Below are positions 29,278-39,865 of a stretch of 63,545 bases of DNA, piece by piece (the stretch's first letter is position 1; every line of letters begins with the position of its first letter). This DNA is from a virus. Lineage: Duplodnaviria; Caudoviricetes. The DNA is taken from positions 1 through 63,545 of the IMG/VR virus record IMGVR_UViG_3300010155_000006. One strand, 5' to 3'. The notes below the pieces were generated by a model that did no database searches, was not told the origin of the DNA, and saw only the letters and a program-made list of their open reading frames with translations. The translations under genes were made by a program, and so were the position numbers.

Positions 29278-29349
29278 TTAGTTTACATATTTGTAGCTTG
29301 AAGTAAATTTGATTTTATTAGGATAACTATTTATTTGAAAAGATAATTT

Positions 29350-32300
29350 ATGCCCAAGACAGTTAGAATAAAGGCTACTCCACAAGCAGATAAAAATATA
29401 CACGTCAAATTAGAACAAGATTTTGATTTATTAGAAATACTCAGCTTAAAAATTTCTAAGTCAGACATCTATACTCGAATGTGTGCAGAATATGGGGTTA
29501 TTGTAGGAAGAGCTTTGGCTAATAGTGGGTTTGGAATTCCCAATGCAAAAATATCTGTTTTTGTACCCTTGACGAAAGAAGATGAAAAGGACCCAATCAT
29601 CTCCCAATTATATCCTTATAAGCAAGTTAATGACAAAAATGAGGAAGGGTATCGTTATAATTTATTACCTAAAACATCGGAAGGATGTAACCACAAAGCA
29701 ACGGGTAGTTTTTTCACTGCAGAAGAGGCTATAAACAATCCTATAGTGGTAGAAGTATTTGAAAAATATTATAAGTATACCACTAAGACTAATAAGAGTG
29801 GAGATTTTATGTTATGGGGTATCCCATTAGGGGTTCAAACAGTACATGCAAGTATTGATGTGAGTGATATTGGGTGTTATTCTATGCGACCCTATCAATT
29901 TATTAAACAAGGGGTTAGTCCCGCTAAATTTGAAAGTTCCTTAGAATTTAAATCGTCTAATAATTTGGACACCCTACCCCAGATTATTATTCAGAATAAA
30001 GTTGTGGATGTAGTTCCTTTTTGGGGTGACGACGAATTATGTAATGTAGGCATTACTAGAACTGATTTTGACTTAAGGGATTCTGGCGTAGAAATTATAC
30101 CTAGTGCCACATTCATGGGGTCTATTATCACAGATGAGGATAGTAATTATGTAAAGATTAGAGGTGATGCGAGTAGGAACCAAGGCAATTTATGTAGTTT
30201 GACTACAGGTACTGGCACTATAGAAGCCGTCAGACATACAATTCTAAAAGAAGAAGATGGTTGCACCCCAAAATTAGAATATTTTACTTTAGAAAGTGGT
30301 GGAAAAGTAATAGATGGTGATGGGTCTTGGGTTATACAAGTACCAATGAATCTCGAATTCGTAGTTACCAACGAATATGGTGAACAAGTCATTTCCAACA
30401 ATCCAAAGGTAGGTATACCTACAGAGGGAAAGTATAGATTTAGAATAAGTTTTGACGCTAATAGTGGGGAGAATAGGAAAGGTAGTTATTTAGTACCCAA
30501 TATTAGAGAATATGAGTTAGAGAGCAGCCCTATATCCGATTATATTAATCCCATTACTGGTGAGGTATATAGTTCACCCAGTTATACGTTTTCAGATAAA
30601 TTAATTAATTATCCTTTAGACAATAATGGTTCATGGGAAAATTCTCCAGCTTATAAATGTGAAGACTATTTTTATCATTTTGAACCTAATAAGGTATATA
30701 CTATTGCAAATTTTATTGACAATTACAGGAAACATTACGACGGTGCGGACCCAAGAAATAGTCGTTGGAATTTTATAGGGATTAAAAGTATTAATCCACC
30801 ACCTGAAAGTACATGTGCGGATATAACTAAAGAATTTCCCACTAATGATGTTTTTAGAGGGGGGACGATGTTTTTTACTGCTCAACAACTTCTGCGGACT
30901 TATCAGATAGTCACAGTACTATTAACTGCTTTGACGACTATGGCGAGTGTTATACTTATGTTTTTTGATATAGGACGATTCTGGCAACAACTGGCTATAC
31001 TCACGACGGGAGGTGTTAGTGGTATTTTGGCTGCTATAGTTTTTGGAATTTCAGCTATTGGACAAGCAATAGCTGCGGGAGTTGCTACTACACTATACCT
31101 TTCACTGATGTTTATTTTATTAAAGTCCTTTTATTTTGTAAGAAGACTTTATAATTTTCCCAGTTGTGAACCGTGCAGTTGTGGTGCTGCTTGGTATTTA
31201 CGGGTACTGGGTAGCCAATTTATTACCGACGAAGATGAAATACAAGAAACACATGGTGAAGATAATAAGTCGGTAGGGACTTGTGATGAAAATCCATATA
31301 TGACGGGATATGCTAATAATAATAAATATTGGCAAGGAAAAGACAACGGATTCCCTCAAGGTTGTTATGTTATTACGTGGAGTAACGCTATATATGGGAC
31401 CTTATTGGTTATTACTATAGTAATAGTTGTTCTTGCAATTATTCCAATGGCTGGGCCAGGCGCTGTAGGAAACGCAGTTGCGATAGCCGCAGGTATACAG
31501 GCAGTAGTCATGGTTCTGGATATAGGAAAGATGTTGGTGGGGATGAACCAATGGAGAAGGTTAGCGGATATTTATATGGGTTTATGTCAGGGAGTATTTA
31601 ATATGAAATTTAGTAATAATTGGGTAAATGGTGTTTTGTATCATTTTAGGTTTATGCGTAAAACGAGAAAAGTAGATAGTAGTGGTACCGCGTTACTTAA
31701 TCCTGTTGATTTATACCCCGATAGAGTAATTTGGAGACAACAGGAGAATGATACAACCTATTATTATTATAGGAGTTGTCCTTTTACTTTAACGGGTGGG
31801 TTCCGCGCTCAAAATGTTAATGTAGACACTAGTGGTGACTGGCCCTTAAATTCGGTGGACCCGGAGATAGGTAATGCACATTGTGGAATTAATTTTCCCA
31901 CCACGATAGTAGATTTAGGTCCTTTAGACCCCTGTATAACGGAATTATGTTCTGAAACAGGAATAGTGAACCCAGACGAATGTTTTTTTGTAGACAAATT
32001 AAAACCCAGCAGTTACCAACCAACCCAAGAATTATTGGGTCGTATAATCCAACAAAAAATAGGAATACAAGACTGGTACCAATTCCGATATAGTGGAATA
32101 AATAAGTGGTTTGGCCCTATTTATGTGGACCTAAATATCACTAGTTTTTTAACACAAGTATTTAATGGTAATGTTACTTTTAATGAGAGAATAGGAAGTG
32201 CGGGAGCAGGTGAAGGAACGGGAAGACTGATAGATGGTGATATTGCTCAATTAATCGCTACTAATAGTATGTTATCTATTTCGACATATACTACAGATAA

Positions 32301-32862
32301 TCAAGACCCCTATTATGGGCTATCATTAGGTGGTTCTAATCAGCAATGGTATGACCAGTTTGGCCCAGAACAAGTGGGAGTAGTCAACGCTTCCACCACC
32401 CAATTTCATTTATTAGTTAGAGACAATAGATTATTACAATGTTTAACTGGGGATAGAAATGGATTAAGCCACACCCAAGTAGTACCATCTTATATATGGA
32501 ATAAACAGAGTCAGGGGTATGGTAATTTGGACGCAGATTATATTTTTGACAGTACATGTAATAATACCGAGATTTACACTATGGGATACCAGCAAGGTTA
32601 TGGGACATATTTACCACATCCAGACTATCCGGAAGGAACAAATAGTGGTGATTGGAGCTCACCCGCCTTTTATGCACTTGGTCCCCCCGCTACGCTCCCT
32701 CCCCTAGGTATCTTTAATACTACCGCACAAATGGGTTATTTCACTGCAAGTAGTTGGTCTAGACTAGGGAGTAATTTATTTTTCTATTTTGGATTAAGAC
32801 AGGGGGCTAGCTCTTATGATAAATTTATAAACGAATACTTACCACCAGGAGAAAATGAATAA
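29350..32862 (+). CDS. Large tail-cluster protein with N-terminal beta-sandwich (carboxypeptidase-regulatory-like) region and central hydrophobic helices
   Basis: 1170 aa; 'GVIVGRA...GIPNAKISVF', 'TKTNKSGDF...G.P.G'; several 20-aa apolar stretches. Confidence 0.55.
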   Translation: MPKTVRIKATPQADKNIHVKLEQDFDLLEILSLKISKSDIYTRMCAEYGVIVGRALANSGFGIPNAKISVFVPLTKEDEKDPIISQLYPYKQVNDKNEEGYRYNLLPKTSEGCNHKATGSFFTAEEAINNPIVVEVFEKYYKYTTKTNKSGDFMLWGIPLGVQTVHASIDVSDIGCYSMRPYQFIKQGVSPAKFESSLEFKSSNNLDTLPQIIIQNKVVDVVPFWGDDELCNVGITRTDFDLRDSGVEIIPSATFMGSIITDEDSNYVKIRGDASRNQGNLCSLTTGTGTIEAVRHTILKEEDGCTPKLEYFTLESGGKVIDGDGSWVIQVPMNLEFVVTNEYGEQVISNNPKVGIPTEGKYRFRISFDANSGENRKGSYLVPNIREYELESSPISDYINPITGEVYSSPSYTFSDKLINYPLDNNGSWENSPAYKCEDYFYHFEPNKVYTIANFIDNYRKHYDGADPRNSRWNFIGIKSINPPPESTCADITKEFPTNDVFRGGTMFFTAQQLLRTYQIVTVLLTALTTMASVILMFFDIGRFWQQLAILTTGGVSGILAAIVFGISAIGQAIAAGVATTLYLSLMFILLKSFYFVRRLYNFPSCEPCSCGAAWYLRVLGSQFITDEDEIQETHGEDNKSVGTCDENPYMTGYANNNKYWQGKDNGFPQGCYVITWSNAIYGTLLVITIVIVVLAIIPMAGPGAVGNAVAIAAGIQAVVMVLDIGKMLVGMNQWRRLADIYMGLCQGVFNMKFSNNWVNGVLYHFRFMRKTRKVDSSGTALLNPVDLYPDRVIWRQQENDTTYYYYRSCPFTLTGGFRAQNVNVDTSGDWPLNSVDPEIGNAHCGINFPTTIVDLGPLDPCITELCSETGIVNPDECFFVDKLKPSSYQPTQELLGRIIQQKIGIQDWYQFRYSGINKWFGPIYVDLNITSFLTQVFNGNVTFNERIGSAGAGEGTGRLIDGDIAQLIATNSMLSISTYTTDNQDPYYGLSLGGSNQQWYDQFGPEQVGVVNASTTQFHLLVRDNRLLQCLTGDRNGLSHTQVVPSYIWNKQSQGYGNLDADYIFDSTCNNTEIYTMGYQQGYGTYLPHPDYPEGTNSGDWSSPAFYALGPPATLPPLGIFNTTAQMGYFTASSWSRLGSNLFFYFGLRQGASSYDKFINEYLPPGENE

Positions 32863-34564
32863 TATTAAAGTTATAGCATCCGACAAAAAATTTAAGGGGG
32901 CTCCACCCTTAGACCAACATTTTAATATAGAGTTAGAACAACAATATTTAGAAATGGTAGAAGGGGATAGAAGTGTTCCCCTTAATTTAGCGGAGAGATT
33001 TAATGAAGAGAGACAAAATATTTCTGAATATCGTTTATATGGTAAAATACAACCTTTTATAGATAATGCATATTCTGGTATTACGGACCCTAGCCAATCT
33101 AGATTATTTTATAATATGTATAATATTGGGAGTTCTCTGACCGGCCAACCTATAGGGTTTCCTGAATTTGAAGAATTTGATTTTATCCGTCTTTTTAATT
33201 CTAGAACACAAATAGATGAATCGGTAGGTGATGAGACCAACTGGAACATATATGTAACAGTACCAAGTACTTGTAACTCAACACAACCTATGGTGTATCA
33301 ACCCCAGAAGAATGGTAATACTCTTTCTTTTGTGGCTTCCGACGGTATTCCTTTTCATATACAAAATATTACAAAAGGTGGTAAAAAGTTAATACAGTTT
33401 AAATGTGCTGCACCCCATGGACTGAAAGTGGGGGAGTATGCCCAACTTAATATCCCCATACAACCTAATTATCCATCTGGATTTGCTTTTATTAATAATA
33501 GAAATACCTTTCCAGTTTATAGTGTTGGAGACGGTACCCGAAAATCCGACCTTACTATTTTTTCTTTAATTATTCCCGAGATAAATTATACACTTCCTTT
33601 ACTACTTAATACTCTGGGGACTTTTAAAAGACAAATATTACTTAACGACCCCACCACTCTCTCTTATTATTATGTTATTGAACATGAAATTATAACTAAT
33701 GTAAAAGATTATAACTTAAATAAATGTGCATTCGCTAAGGGAGTGTTTAAAAAAGTAGAAAAATTCCAACCCGCAATAGAAAATCCAGATGTAAAAGATA
33801 GGGTGAGTGTGAAAGTGGCTTACCCCAGTTACTTATATGTAATTAGTAAAGACATTAATGTTAAGAACTATTTAGATAATTTAAAAAAACCTTTAACTAC
33901 TTTATATATCACCATTATGTTACGTAGTAATTTAGGGTATTTCGATTACCCCCCCAACTATGGGTGGGGGTGGAACTTTCCTTATGACTTTGCCGATAGT
34001 AATGTAAATAATTTTGTGGTGAGAGGAGCCACCTTATCCGATGCCCAACCAGTTACGGGAATTATATTTAATCAGTCACTCACATCTGCCAATTTAAAGT
34101 CGGGTATTCCCTTGCATCCTGGTGATAGATTGAGGGGAGAATTTGCGGAATATAATATGCAGGAGTTAAAAGAAAGAATTATTTCTGATATTAGACATAG
34201 ATTTAATTTTAATTCTTTTATTTTTACTGGTGGGGAAGCGGGGTATGTGTATAAACCTCACTATCCAGTACCTATTCGTGTTTATTCCGATTATATTGAG
34301 GAGGGAGACCCAACTAAAGTTGCACACATCCCTTTTTATGCCACATATTTTAAAGATGAAAAAATATGGAAATGGAGAGATTTATATGATATAGGTTTTA
34401 TAGAAGCTGGAAGAGGAGTAGATTATCCATTTATTAATACTGCACATTACCCACAGACTGATATTGATTTTAGGGTTCATAGAACCATTCGTGCGGATGC
34501 ATTTACCGATATTAGTATATCGGCTAACACTCTTGAAAATTTTGTTGTAGATGGCTGTGAATAG
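32855..34564 (+). CDS. Putative baseplate/tail structural protein
   Basis: 569 aa, overlaps both neighbours in the structural operon. Confidence 0.55.
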   Translation: MNNIKVIASDKKFKGAPPLDQHFNIELEQQYLEMVEGDRSVPLNLAERFNEERQNISEYRLYGKIQPFIDNAYSGITDPSQSRLFYNMYNIGSSLTGQPIGFPEFEEFDFIRLFNSRTQIDESVGDETNWNIYVTVPSTCNSTQPMVYQPQKNGNTLSFVASDGIPFHIQNITKGGKKLIQFKCAAPHGLKVGEYAQLNIPIQPNYPSGFAFINNRNTFPVYSVGDGTRKSDLTIFSLIIPEINYTLPLLLNTLGTFKRQILLNDPTTLSYYYVIEHEIITNVKDYNLNKCAFAKGVFKKVEKFQPAIENPDVKDRVSVKVAYPSYLYVISKDINVKNYLDNLKKPLTTLYITIMLRSNLGYFDYPPNYGWGWNFPYDFADSNVNNFVVRGATLSDAQPVTGIIFNQSLTSANLKSGIPLHPGDRLRGEFAEYNMQELKERIISDIRHRFNFNSFIFTGGEAGYVYKPHYPVPIRVYSDYIEEGDPTKVAHIPFYATYFKDEKIWKWRDLYDIGFIEAGRGVDYPFINTAHYPQTDIDFRVHRTIRADAFTDISISANTLENFVVDGCE

Positions 34565-35591
34565 ACTTAAAATAAAAATAAATAACTCTCAGGATGAAAA
34601 CTTGGATAAAGTTTTGGTTATTCCTATACCACAAACTACAGATGAAGTAGGAAGAGGAGATTTAATAGATGAATATGAGAGAGAAACCATAGAGAGACTC
34701 CTTCACCTTAAAAAAGATTATGAGGTAATTAGATATACTCAGGCTCCCCTTATTGGAGGAGACCCGAGCCCAAATATGGTTTATAATTTTAATTTTGGGG
34801 TTGGGGACCCCAACACACCGGGTCCAGTTTATTATAATAATGTTCCTGAAGTGACTATGGCGACGACGTGGAACAATGCAGGTACCAGTCCATGCCCCCA
34901 ACAATTAGAAGCAATATATGGGATGGGTGGTAGTGACCCAGAGTTGTTGCCTGATGGTATCACTGTCGCCCCTATCCTTACACCTTCTCTTTATCCTACC
35001 TTCCCCCCTACATGGTATGGGTACGACGCAGCAGGGTTTTCAGCCGAAGAGGCATATAGAAATGAGAAAAGTTTTGTTAAAAGTTTTTTTAAATTAGATT
35101 TATATGATAGTCCTATAAGAAATAATCAAAAGCTATATATTAGTATAATTTTAAATCCTATTAATAGTGAAAAAATTTACCGACCTACTTTAAATAATAG
35201 TTGTCCTGCGGATGCTTTAGCTGATGGAAGATGGAATTGTAAACCTTATGGTGATAGATGGGTTCCTACTCCTCATTTTAATTTGGACCCATTTGGAAAC
35301 AATGATGGGTATTACATATATTGGTTAAAAGATGATAAATTTTTAGATATAAAGGATTTCTATATGAGTGCTAAATTTTATAATGGAAAAACGGGTGTTA
35401 TTACTTCTTTTATAAACCAAAGCCAAAACACATTACCTAATCCCTTTAATTTTACACCAGAAAATTTTTCTTACTATAAAATAACATTAGATAGGATTAA
35501 TTACACTTATACTATGTTTGATAGTAGTAATAACAGAGCGGGTATTCCCAGTAACCCCATAATCTTTTGGCAATATATAAATAAAGGATAA
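34551..35591 (+). CDS. Putative baseplate/tail structural protein
   Basis: 346 aa, Pro-rich central insert, overlaps both neighbours. Confidence 0.55.
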   Translation: MAVNRLKIKINNSQDENLDKVLVIPIPQTTDEVGRGDLIDEYERETIERLLHLKKDYEVIRYTQAPLIGGDPSPNMVYNFNFGVGDPNTPGPVYYNNVPEVTMATTWNNAGTSPCPQQLEAIYGMGGSDPELLPDGITVAPILTPSLYPTFPPTWYGYDAAGFSAEEAYRNEKSFVKSFFKLDLYDSPIRNNQKLYISIILNPINSEKIYRPTLNNSCPADALADGRWNCKPYGDRWVPTPHFNLDPFGNNDGYYIYWLKDDKFLDIKDFYMSAKFYNGKTGVITSFINQSQNTLPNPFNFTPENFSYYKITLDRINYTYTMFDSSNNRAGIPSNPIIFWQYINKG

Positions 35592-37294
35592 TGGAAAAGT
35601 ATTCGTTTACTATTAAGAGAAAATTTTATCCCGGTGAAACCACAGCAATGTCGCCGCAGTTACCTCTCCATTATATATCTGACACTAATTCTGCAGTACC
35701 TGTCGGTCAAAATTGTAATAATTGTTTTTTTAATAGTGGTGGAAATTGTCAATATTGGAAATCTAATATACGAAAAAATTATTGGTGTGATAAATGGACC
35801 AATTTAAATTCTACAGTTTTTCCGACAAACCCCCCTTGTTTAACCGGCTTTACTGTTCCTATAATAATAACTGAAGATTTTAATGATATTGGAGTTTATA
35901 CACCATTTGATGGTTTAGTTATACAAAGAAATATAATAAATAATTTTATTTATATTGCGAATAATTTAACCGTAGAAGTATATAATACTTCCGATTTAGA
36001 GTTTAAAAGATTTTTAACCTTCGGTGACTATACTGTGTATTGGGGTGATGGAAATAGTTCCACCCTAACTATAGGAGGTCCCCAACTGAGTACTCACACC
36101 TACGGCGGTGCAGGTAGTTATACCATCACCTTACAACAAGCTAACCCGTGGGGTATAACTAAGATGCAAAAAATAATTAAATTACCTTATACTTCACAAG
36201 TTAACATCCCCAACCCTTTTGGTGTCCTAGAAATATACCCACCTAATTTAGGTGACCCTATTGCGTGTAATTCTATTTATCAGAGTTATCTTTTTAGTGG
36301 TGATAGTAATCCGGATGTATATGATTTCTTAAGTTTTAATTATGTATCGGTTCCTTACTCAGTTACAGGATATACTAGTAATAGTCGGTTATCCTTATTT
36401 AAACAATATGGTACAAACGGCATTCCTTTAACTGGAATAACCATAGAATTGGTAGATAAGGCAACGGGGCATATTGTTGATGTAACTCCCACCTACACAT
36501 CCTATACAGTTAATAATATAATTTATACAGATTTTAAAAATGGTAAGACTTATTTTAATGCTCGTAGTACGGGTTTTGATGTTAATAATTTAGACTGGGA
36601 CTGTTGTACGGAGGAAGAAGACCCTACGGGGTGTACTTGTGAAGAATATGCTGATTTGGGTGAACTAATAGTGGGTGGTAATTGGTCACCCGGCACTGCC
36701 TATATGCTTAATACTATCATCGAGGCAAATGGTTGTTGTTGGGTATGTACGAGTAGAAGTTTAGAAGGATGTAGGGAGGAACCACACTTTGAAAGTAGAG
36801 AATGGTCTCCGTGTCTACCTTGTGTTGCTCCTGTAGCACCGGTGGGGTGTCCTTGTGAGGACGGTACATTTAGTCCTGAGTGTTGTGACAACATAGACCC
36901 CACCATTCCTGAAGATTGTAGTTTGACCTTGTATATGGAACTTAGGGTTAATGAGGGTGCAACTAGTGGGTGGTATGGTGCATCGGTAGATATATATTTT
37001 GATAATCAATTTAATCAATCTTATACAGTACCAATTGGGTCCACTGATAATACAGTTACAATTACCATTCCTGCTGGACAAACAATGTCTGTTGAATATG
37101 TAGGTGAGAATCAAGGACAAGGAAATACACCTATGGCATATAAAATTTTAGATAATGGGATAGAAATATTTTCTGATGGTTATGGAGGCAATCAAGCCCA
37201 ATATGGTAATTGTTGTTCACCAGCTCCCGGTATCGTTTATTGTGCAGAATGCAATAATGGAAGCATAAGTGAAGTAGTATGTTTAGATGATTAA
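35591..37294 (+). CDS. Modular structural protein: HiPIP-like Cys motif, PKD-like domain, CBM5/12-like motif, Cys-rich tail
   Basis: 'QNCNNCFF...C...YWCDKW'; 'VYWGDG...HTYGGAGSYTITL'; 'WSPGTAYMLNTIIEANGCCWVC'. Confidence 0.6.
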   Translation: MEKYSFTIKRKFYPGETTAMSPQLPLHYISDTNSAVPVGQNCNNCFFNSGGNCQYWKSNIRKNYWCDKWTNLNSTVFPTNPPCLTGFTVPIIITEDFNDIGVYTPFDGLVIQRNIINNFIYIANNLTVEVYNTSDLEFKRFLTFGDYTVYWGDGNSSTLTIGGPQLSTHTYGGAGSYTITLQQANPWGITKMQKIIKLPYTSQVNIPNPFGVLEIYPPNLGDPIACNSIYQSYLFSGDSNPDVYDFLSFNYVSVPYSVTGYTSNSRLSLFKQYGTNGIPLTGITIELVDKATGHIVDVTPTYTSYTVNNIIYTDFKNGKTYFNARSTGFDVNNLDWDCCTEEEDPTGCTCEEYADLGELIVGGNWSPGTAYMLNTIIEANGCCWVCTSRSLEGCREEPHFESREWSPCLPCVAPVAPVGCPCEDGTFSPECCDNIDPTIPEDCSLTLYMELRVNEGATSGWYGASVDIYFDNQFNQSYTVPIGSTDNTVTITIPAGQTMSVEYVGENQGQGNTPMAYKILDNGIEIFSDGYGGNQAQYGNCCSPAPGIVYCAECNNGSISEVVCLDD

Positions 37295-37303
37295 TAAAAT
37301 TAG

Positions 37304-39859
37304 ATGATGAGAAAAAATTTATATAGACCCAAACATAAACCCTACCCTAAAGCGTTAAGTCATCCGAGTCTAGTGTTCAATCCATGTGGTGCATATTGTA
37401 CAGGTGGTTGTAGTAATGATTTTGATATGGGTAATTCTATGAATACTGATTGTAGAACCCACGCGGGAAGTGGTCATGACGATGGATTTTGTTGTGACAT
37501 GATGGGACGTATTGCTCCTGCCACAGGGTGGGAATACGGTAAAAATTATAAAATCTACCAAAACATTGTTGCTCAACATAACGATTGTGCTGGGTGTTAT
37601 GTTAATGCGTGGGAGGACAATCACTCAGACGAGGGTGCGTGTTCCACCACAATGAATTTTACCTTCTATAAGAATGAACCCTGTAAGGGTTGTCTAGTTA
37701 CCCCACCCGGGGTTGTCGAAGGATGGAGATATGTGTGGAGTGGGTGTGCCGACCCCTTAAATTTTATTGGTAGAGACGGGTGTACCAACCCAAATTCATT
37801 TGGGACTATTACTAATGCGACTACGGTTGCAGAACAGAGCAACGCGGGGTGCCCTAATCCTAATTCTATGTGTACCCAAAATTGTATGATGTTACTGCCG
37901 GGATATTATAATACTCATGTAGCGGGAACGAATGCCACCAACAGGGTGAATACGTTGATATATGGTGGTTTTGATAAAAAGAATTGTTTTGATTGTGAAC
38001 CTAATGACCCTAATAATTACGACAACACATCCATACAAGGTATGAAATTAATTTTTGCAGGCGTAGGGAATAATAGTAGTACGGGGAACTACCAGACTGC
38101 ATCGTCGGATGCTATAGATGGCCAATCCTATTCATTTAAGAGTGGGAGCTGGAGGGGATATCGGAACACCATGTGGCATTATAATAATGCACACGGACAG
38201 TTGGGACAGCCTGGTGGTCCTCCCACCCAAGCCAGTTCTCATTTATGGAGAAGACGAAGTCAATTTAAAATCAATGGTGTCAATAGGTACAGTACGGATT
38301 TTGATTCTTGCTGTAATTATGTGTCATTTGGATGTACGGACCCTAATTTTGGAAACTATGATAATGCAGCACAACTTAATTGTGCGGGAATTCCTTACAA
38401 TAATAAAGAGGACCAAAACGGAGATTGTTTAACACCTTTGGGTGACCCAGGAACTTGTTATGATAGTTTTACATTGGACTGTGCACCATGTCTCGACAAT
38501 AATGGTGAGTATGCGAGTGGTAACATAGGGACGGTAGTTGGGTGTACCCAAGATATTTGGGATGCATGTGGGGGTGGTGGTACATTACTCTCCGCTGCAT
38601 GGACTGATATGTGGGCGGCACGGCCTACTAGTCATATATATGGACAAGGACAGGTTTATACTAAGGAAGGCACTAGACTTACTGTTTCTTCAGCCCCCAA
38701 GTGTCAGTGTACAAATACTGGGTGCATGAATCCCATTTACGATAACGGTTCTAACACTAATACTAAGGACTGTGAAGAAGCAGCACCTGGTTTTGGAACC
38801 TACCCTACTGCTCCTTTTGGGAACGAAAGATGTTGTACTACCCAAATGTTTGGGTGTACGGACGAGAGTAGTGATAATTATTTTTGTTCTATAATCGGGT
38901 CTACTCCGGGGGTTCCACAAAATCAAATGTGGTGTATGGACCCAACCACTGGAGATAATTGTGCTGCCTTTCCTACATCACCGGGTTGTCTAACTACTGC
39001 AAGTCCTCCGGGTGGGGCACCACTTAATAATGTCACTAGCACTAACCAAAGTGTAAATAATGGTGTAGTTCAATTAATAGATGACGGTACCTGTAATCTT
39101 AATTTAGCTTCTGGGTGTAATGATAATGGTTTAACTTTTACATCACTATACCCTCCAGGCTCTACCCAGTGTCCTAATGGATGTGCAGCTTTAAATTATG
39201 ATGGTACTATAGGTATAAATAACCCCGCTGCTTGTATATATGCATTAGCGTGTACGGACCCTTTAGCGGATAATGTCATTAATGGAACACAATATTGTGT
39301 TCCGGGTTTCCCTAATGAAACCTCTGCGGGAGCACTTGCCACTGCAATTAATGCTCTTCCCGACCCACCCCCTGTCCCAATTACAGCTCAATATGTTTTA
39401 GATAATACAGTATCTAATCCAATTTGTTGTGACTACCCCTTTGAAGGAGGACCGGGATGTATGGACCCTTCCGCATTAAATTTTGACCCCACTGCGACGG
39501 TTCCTTTGGCTGGTGCCTGTTTATACGCTACGGAAGGATGTACCGACCCTAACGCTATTAATTATAACTCCCTCAATCCACCCATGGTTGATGACGGTTC
39601 CTGCATCTACTCAATAGATGACCCAGCAGAAGGAACTAATTTTTTAGATGGTTCGGAAATTTTATTGTGTATGGACCCACTAACTAAAGAAGAGGTGTTA
39701 ATGAATGTATGTGAACCCCCAAAAATTCAATCCGAAGTATTTATTGAAAGAGGTACACAAACAGTTTTTGAGCCAAACCAAAGATTAGGTGAAATTAATA
39801 CAATTGGGGGATTAGAAATTTACGGTTATGGATTTTATAACATAAAAAGACAAATATAA
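37304..39859 (+). CDS. Cys-rich repeat protein (GCTDP/GCMDP repeats)
   Basis: About 7 GC(T/M/N)(D/N)-type repeats, e.g. 'GCMDPSALNFDPTAT', 'GCTDPNAINYN...DDGSC'. Confidence 0.7.
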   Translation: MMRKNLYRPKHKPYPKALSHPSLVFNPCGAYCTGGCSNDFDMGNSMNTDCRTHAGSGHDDGFCCDMMGRIAPATGWEYGKNYKIYQNIVAQHNDCAGCYVNAWEDNHSDEGACSTTMNFTFYKNEPCKGCLVTPPGVVEGWRYVWSGCADPLNFIGRDGCTNPNSFGTITNATTVAEQSNAGCPNPNSMCTQNCMMLLPGYYNTHVAGTNATNRVNTLIYGGFDKKNCFDCEPNDPNNYDNTSIQGMKLIFAGVGNNSSTGNYQTASSDAIDGQSYSFKSGSWRGYRNTMWHYNNAHGQLGQPGGPPTQASSHLWRRRSQFKINGVNRYSTDFDSCCNYVSFGCTDPNFGNYDNAAQLNCAGIPYNNKEDQNGDCLTPLGDPGTCYDSFTLDCAPCLDNNGEYASGNIGTVVGCTQDIWDACGGGGTLLSAAWTDMWAARPTSHIYGQGQVYTKEGTRLTVSSAPKCQCTNTGCMNPIYDNGSNTNTKDCEEAAPGFGTYPTAPFGNERCCTTQMFGCTDESSDNYFCSIIGSTPGVPQNQMWCMDPTTGDNCAAFPTSPGCLTTASPPGGAPLNNVTSTNQSVNNGVVQLIDDGTCNLNLASGCNDNGLTFTSLYPPGSTQCPNGCAALNYDGTIGINNPAACIYALACTDPLADNVINGTQYCVPGFPNETSAGALATAINALPDPPPVPITAQYVLDNTVSNPICCDYPFEGGPGCMDPSALNFDPTATVPLAGACLYATEGCTDPNAINYNSLNPPMVDDGSCIYSIDDPAEGTNFLDGSEILLCMDPLTKEEVLMNVCEPPKIQSEVFIERGTQTVFEPNQRLGEINTIGGLEIYGYGFYNIKRQI

Positions 39860-39865
39860 ATTAAA

